A stretch of DNA of 64,000 nucleotides from Eledone cirrhosa. Lineage: Eukaryota. The stretch lies in contig OZ024741.1 in assembly GCA_964016885.1 (NCBI GenBank), positions 374,666,001 through 374,730,000 of the forward strand. Reading direction: 5' to 3'. Position 1 is the first letter of the stretch; the number at the start of each line of letters is the position of its first letter. Positions 62,267 through 64,000 of the stretch are shown here, piece by piece. The notes beneath the pieces were generated by a model. That model was not told the DNA's origin and ran no database searches. It was given only the letters and a program-made list of their open reading frames with translations. The translations under genes were made by a program, and so were the position numbers.

Positions 62267-64000
62267 AACATACATAACATTATGACCTATCGCAGCTCTT
62301 CCACCACTCTCTAATATATTAACATACATAACATTATGACCTATCGCAGCTCTTCCACCACTCTCTAATATATTAACATACATAACATTATGACCTATCG
62401 CAGCTCTTCTGCCACTCTCTAATATATTAACATACATAACATTATGACCTATCGCAGCTCTTCTACCACTCTCTAATATATTAACATACATAACATTATG
62501 ACCTATCGCAGCTCTTCCACCACTCTCAAGTATATTAACATACATAACACTATGACCTATCGCAGCTCTTCTCCCACTCTCTAATATATTAACATACATA
62601 ACATTATGACCTATCGCAGCTCTTCTCCCACTCTCTAATATATTAATATACATAACATTATGACCTATCGCAGCTCTTCTCCCACTCTCTAATATATTAA
62701 CATACATAACATTATGACCTATTGCAGCTCTTCCACCACTCTCTAACATATTAACATACATAACATTAAGACCTATTGCAGCTCTTCCACCACTCTCTAA
62801 TATATTAACATACATAACACTATGACCTATCGCAGCTCTTCTCCCACTCTCTAATATATTAACATACATAACATTATGACCTATCGCAGCTCTTCTGCCA
62901 CTCTCTAATATTTTAACATACATAACATTAAGACCTATTGCAGCTCTTCTACCACTCTCTAATATATTAACATACATAACATTATGACCTATTGCAGCTC
63001 TTCTACCACTCTCTAATATATTAACATACATGACATTATGACCTATCGCAGCTCTTCTGCCACTCTCTAATATATTAACATACATGACATTATGAGCTAT
63101 CGCAGCTCTTCTCCCACTCTCTAATATATTAACATACATAACATTATGACCTATCGCAGCTATTCTCCCACTCTCTAATATATTAACATACATAACATTA
63201 TGACCTATCGCAGCTCTTCTGCCACTGTCTAATATATTAACATACATAACATTATGACCTATCGCAGCTCTTCTGCCACTCTCTAATATATTAACATACA
63301 TAACATTATGACCTATCGCAGCTCTTCTACCACTCTCTAATATATTAACATACATAACATTATGACATATCGCAGCTCTTCCACCACTCTCAAGTATATT
63401 AACATACATAACACTATGACCTATCGCAGCTCTTCTGCCACTCTCTAATATATTAACATACATAACATTATGACCTATCGCAGCTCTTCTCCCACTCTCT
63501 AATATATTAACATACATAACATTATGACCTATCGCAGCTCTTCTCCCACTCTCTAATATATTAACATACATAACATTATGACCTATTGCAGCTCTTCCAG
63601 CACTCTCTAACATATTAACATACATAACATTAAGACCTATTGCAGCTCTTCAACCAATCTCTAATATATTAACATACATAACACTATGACCTATCGCAGC
63701 TCTTCTCCCACTCTCTAATATATTAACATACATAACATTATGACCTATCGCAGCTCTTCTGCCACTCTCTAATATTTTAACATACATAACATTAAGACCT
63801 ATTGCAGCTCTTCTACCACTCTCTAATATATTAACATACATAACATTATGACCTATTGCAGCTCTTCTACCACTCTTTAATATATTAACATACATGACAT
63901 TATGACCTATCGCAGCTCTTCTGCCACTCTCTAATATATTACATACATGACATTATGACCTATCGCAGCTCTTCTCCCACTCTCTAATATATTAACATAC
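62267..64000. repeat. Distant copy of 11627-13360 (offset 50,640 bp), starting at a truncated 25-bp monomer
   Basis: The same ordered rare variants appear in both: CTCAAG, CTAACATATT, CCACTGTCT, CCAGCAC, CAACCAATCT, CTCTTTAA and the 1-bp deletion TATATTACATAC at about 13300/63940. Confidence 0.93.

Larger units (their letters stand above)
1998..64000. repeat. 54-bp tandem satellite, about 1,150 monomers in one orientation, continuing beyond the right edge
   Basis: Consensus CCACTCTCTAATATATTAACATACATAACATTATGACCTATCGCAGCTCTTCTA (A18 T18 C15 G3) repeats without interruption. Monomers differ by a few substitutions. Length variants seen: 22 monomers with +1 bp, four with -1 bp and one 25-bp truncated monomer. 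Confidence 0.99.

Noticed and set aside
1975-63895. Dozens of long minus-strand ORFs as separate genes or an operon
   Set aside because: All are the same 18-aa unit with no unique domains or intergenic DNA. Their ends are point-mutation stops or 1-bp indels that are themselves copied by duplications.
1998-64000. CRISPR array or repeat-spacer cassette system
   Set aside because: There are no unique spacers; variation is limited to point changes in a fully repeated monomer. No cas, recombinase or reverse-transcriptase gene is present in the window.
1-64000. Transposon, tRNA, rRNA or structured ncRNA
   Set aside because: There is no non-repeat sequence, terminal repeat or target-site duplication, and no recognisable RNA motif. 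The strong C/G skew allows little intramolecular pairing.
1998-64000. Whole array as a sequencing or concatemer artefact
   Set aside because: Rare variants recur in ordered blocks at exact monomer multiples with small differences between copies, which indicates real evolutionary history. Individual near-identical blocks still need read validation.

Overview
The window is entirely tandem-repeat DNA, most consistent with eukaryotic satellite DNA; the organism cannot be identified from the sequence. Positions 1-1997 are a 14-bp satellite (TAGTATGTAGTACC, a dimer of two related 7-mers, about 142 units, open at the left edge). It abuts, with no spacer, a 54-bp satellite (consensus CCACTCTCTAATATATTAACATACATAACATTATGACCTATCGCAGCTCTTCTA, about 33% GC, about 1,150 head-to-tail monomers). 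That array runs from 1998 past the right edge with no inversion, transposon or unique sequence that I could see. Every ORF in the track is a translation of this monomer (minus strand, 18-aa unit MYVNILESG[G/R]RAAIG[H/L]NV). The frame is broken by recurrent stops and 27 indels, so no conventional gene is supported. Rare variants reveal nested duplications at offsets of 5, 10, 11, 44, 47, 52, 61, 68, 73 and 166 monomers. A block also recurs 50,640 bp away, starting at a 29-bp microhomology-flanked deletion. The most provocative but unproven signal is that many recurrent variants are synonymous in the open minus-strand frame and that the 18-aa unit looks beta-solenoid-like. No CRISPR array, RNA gene or mobile element was found. 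All counts and offsets were made by eye and from the ORF track.
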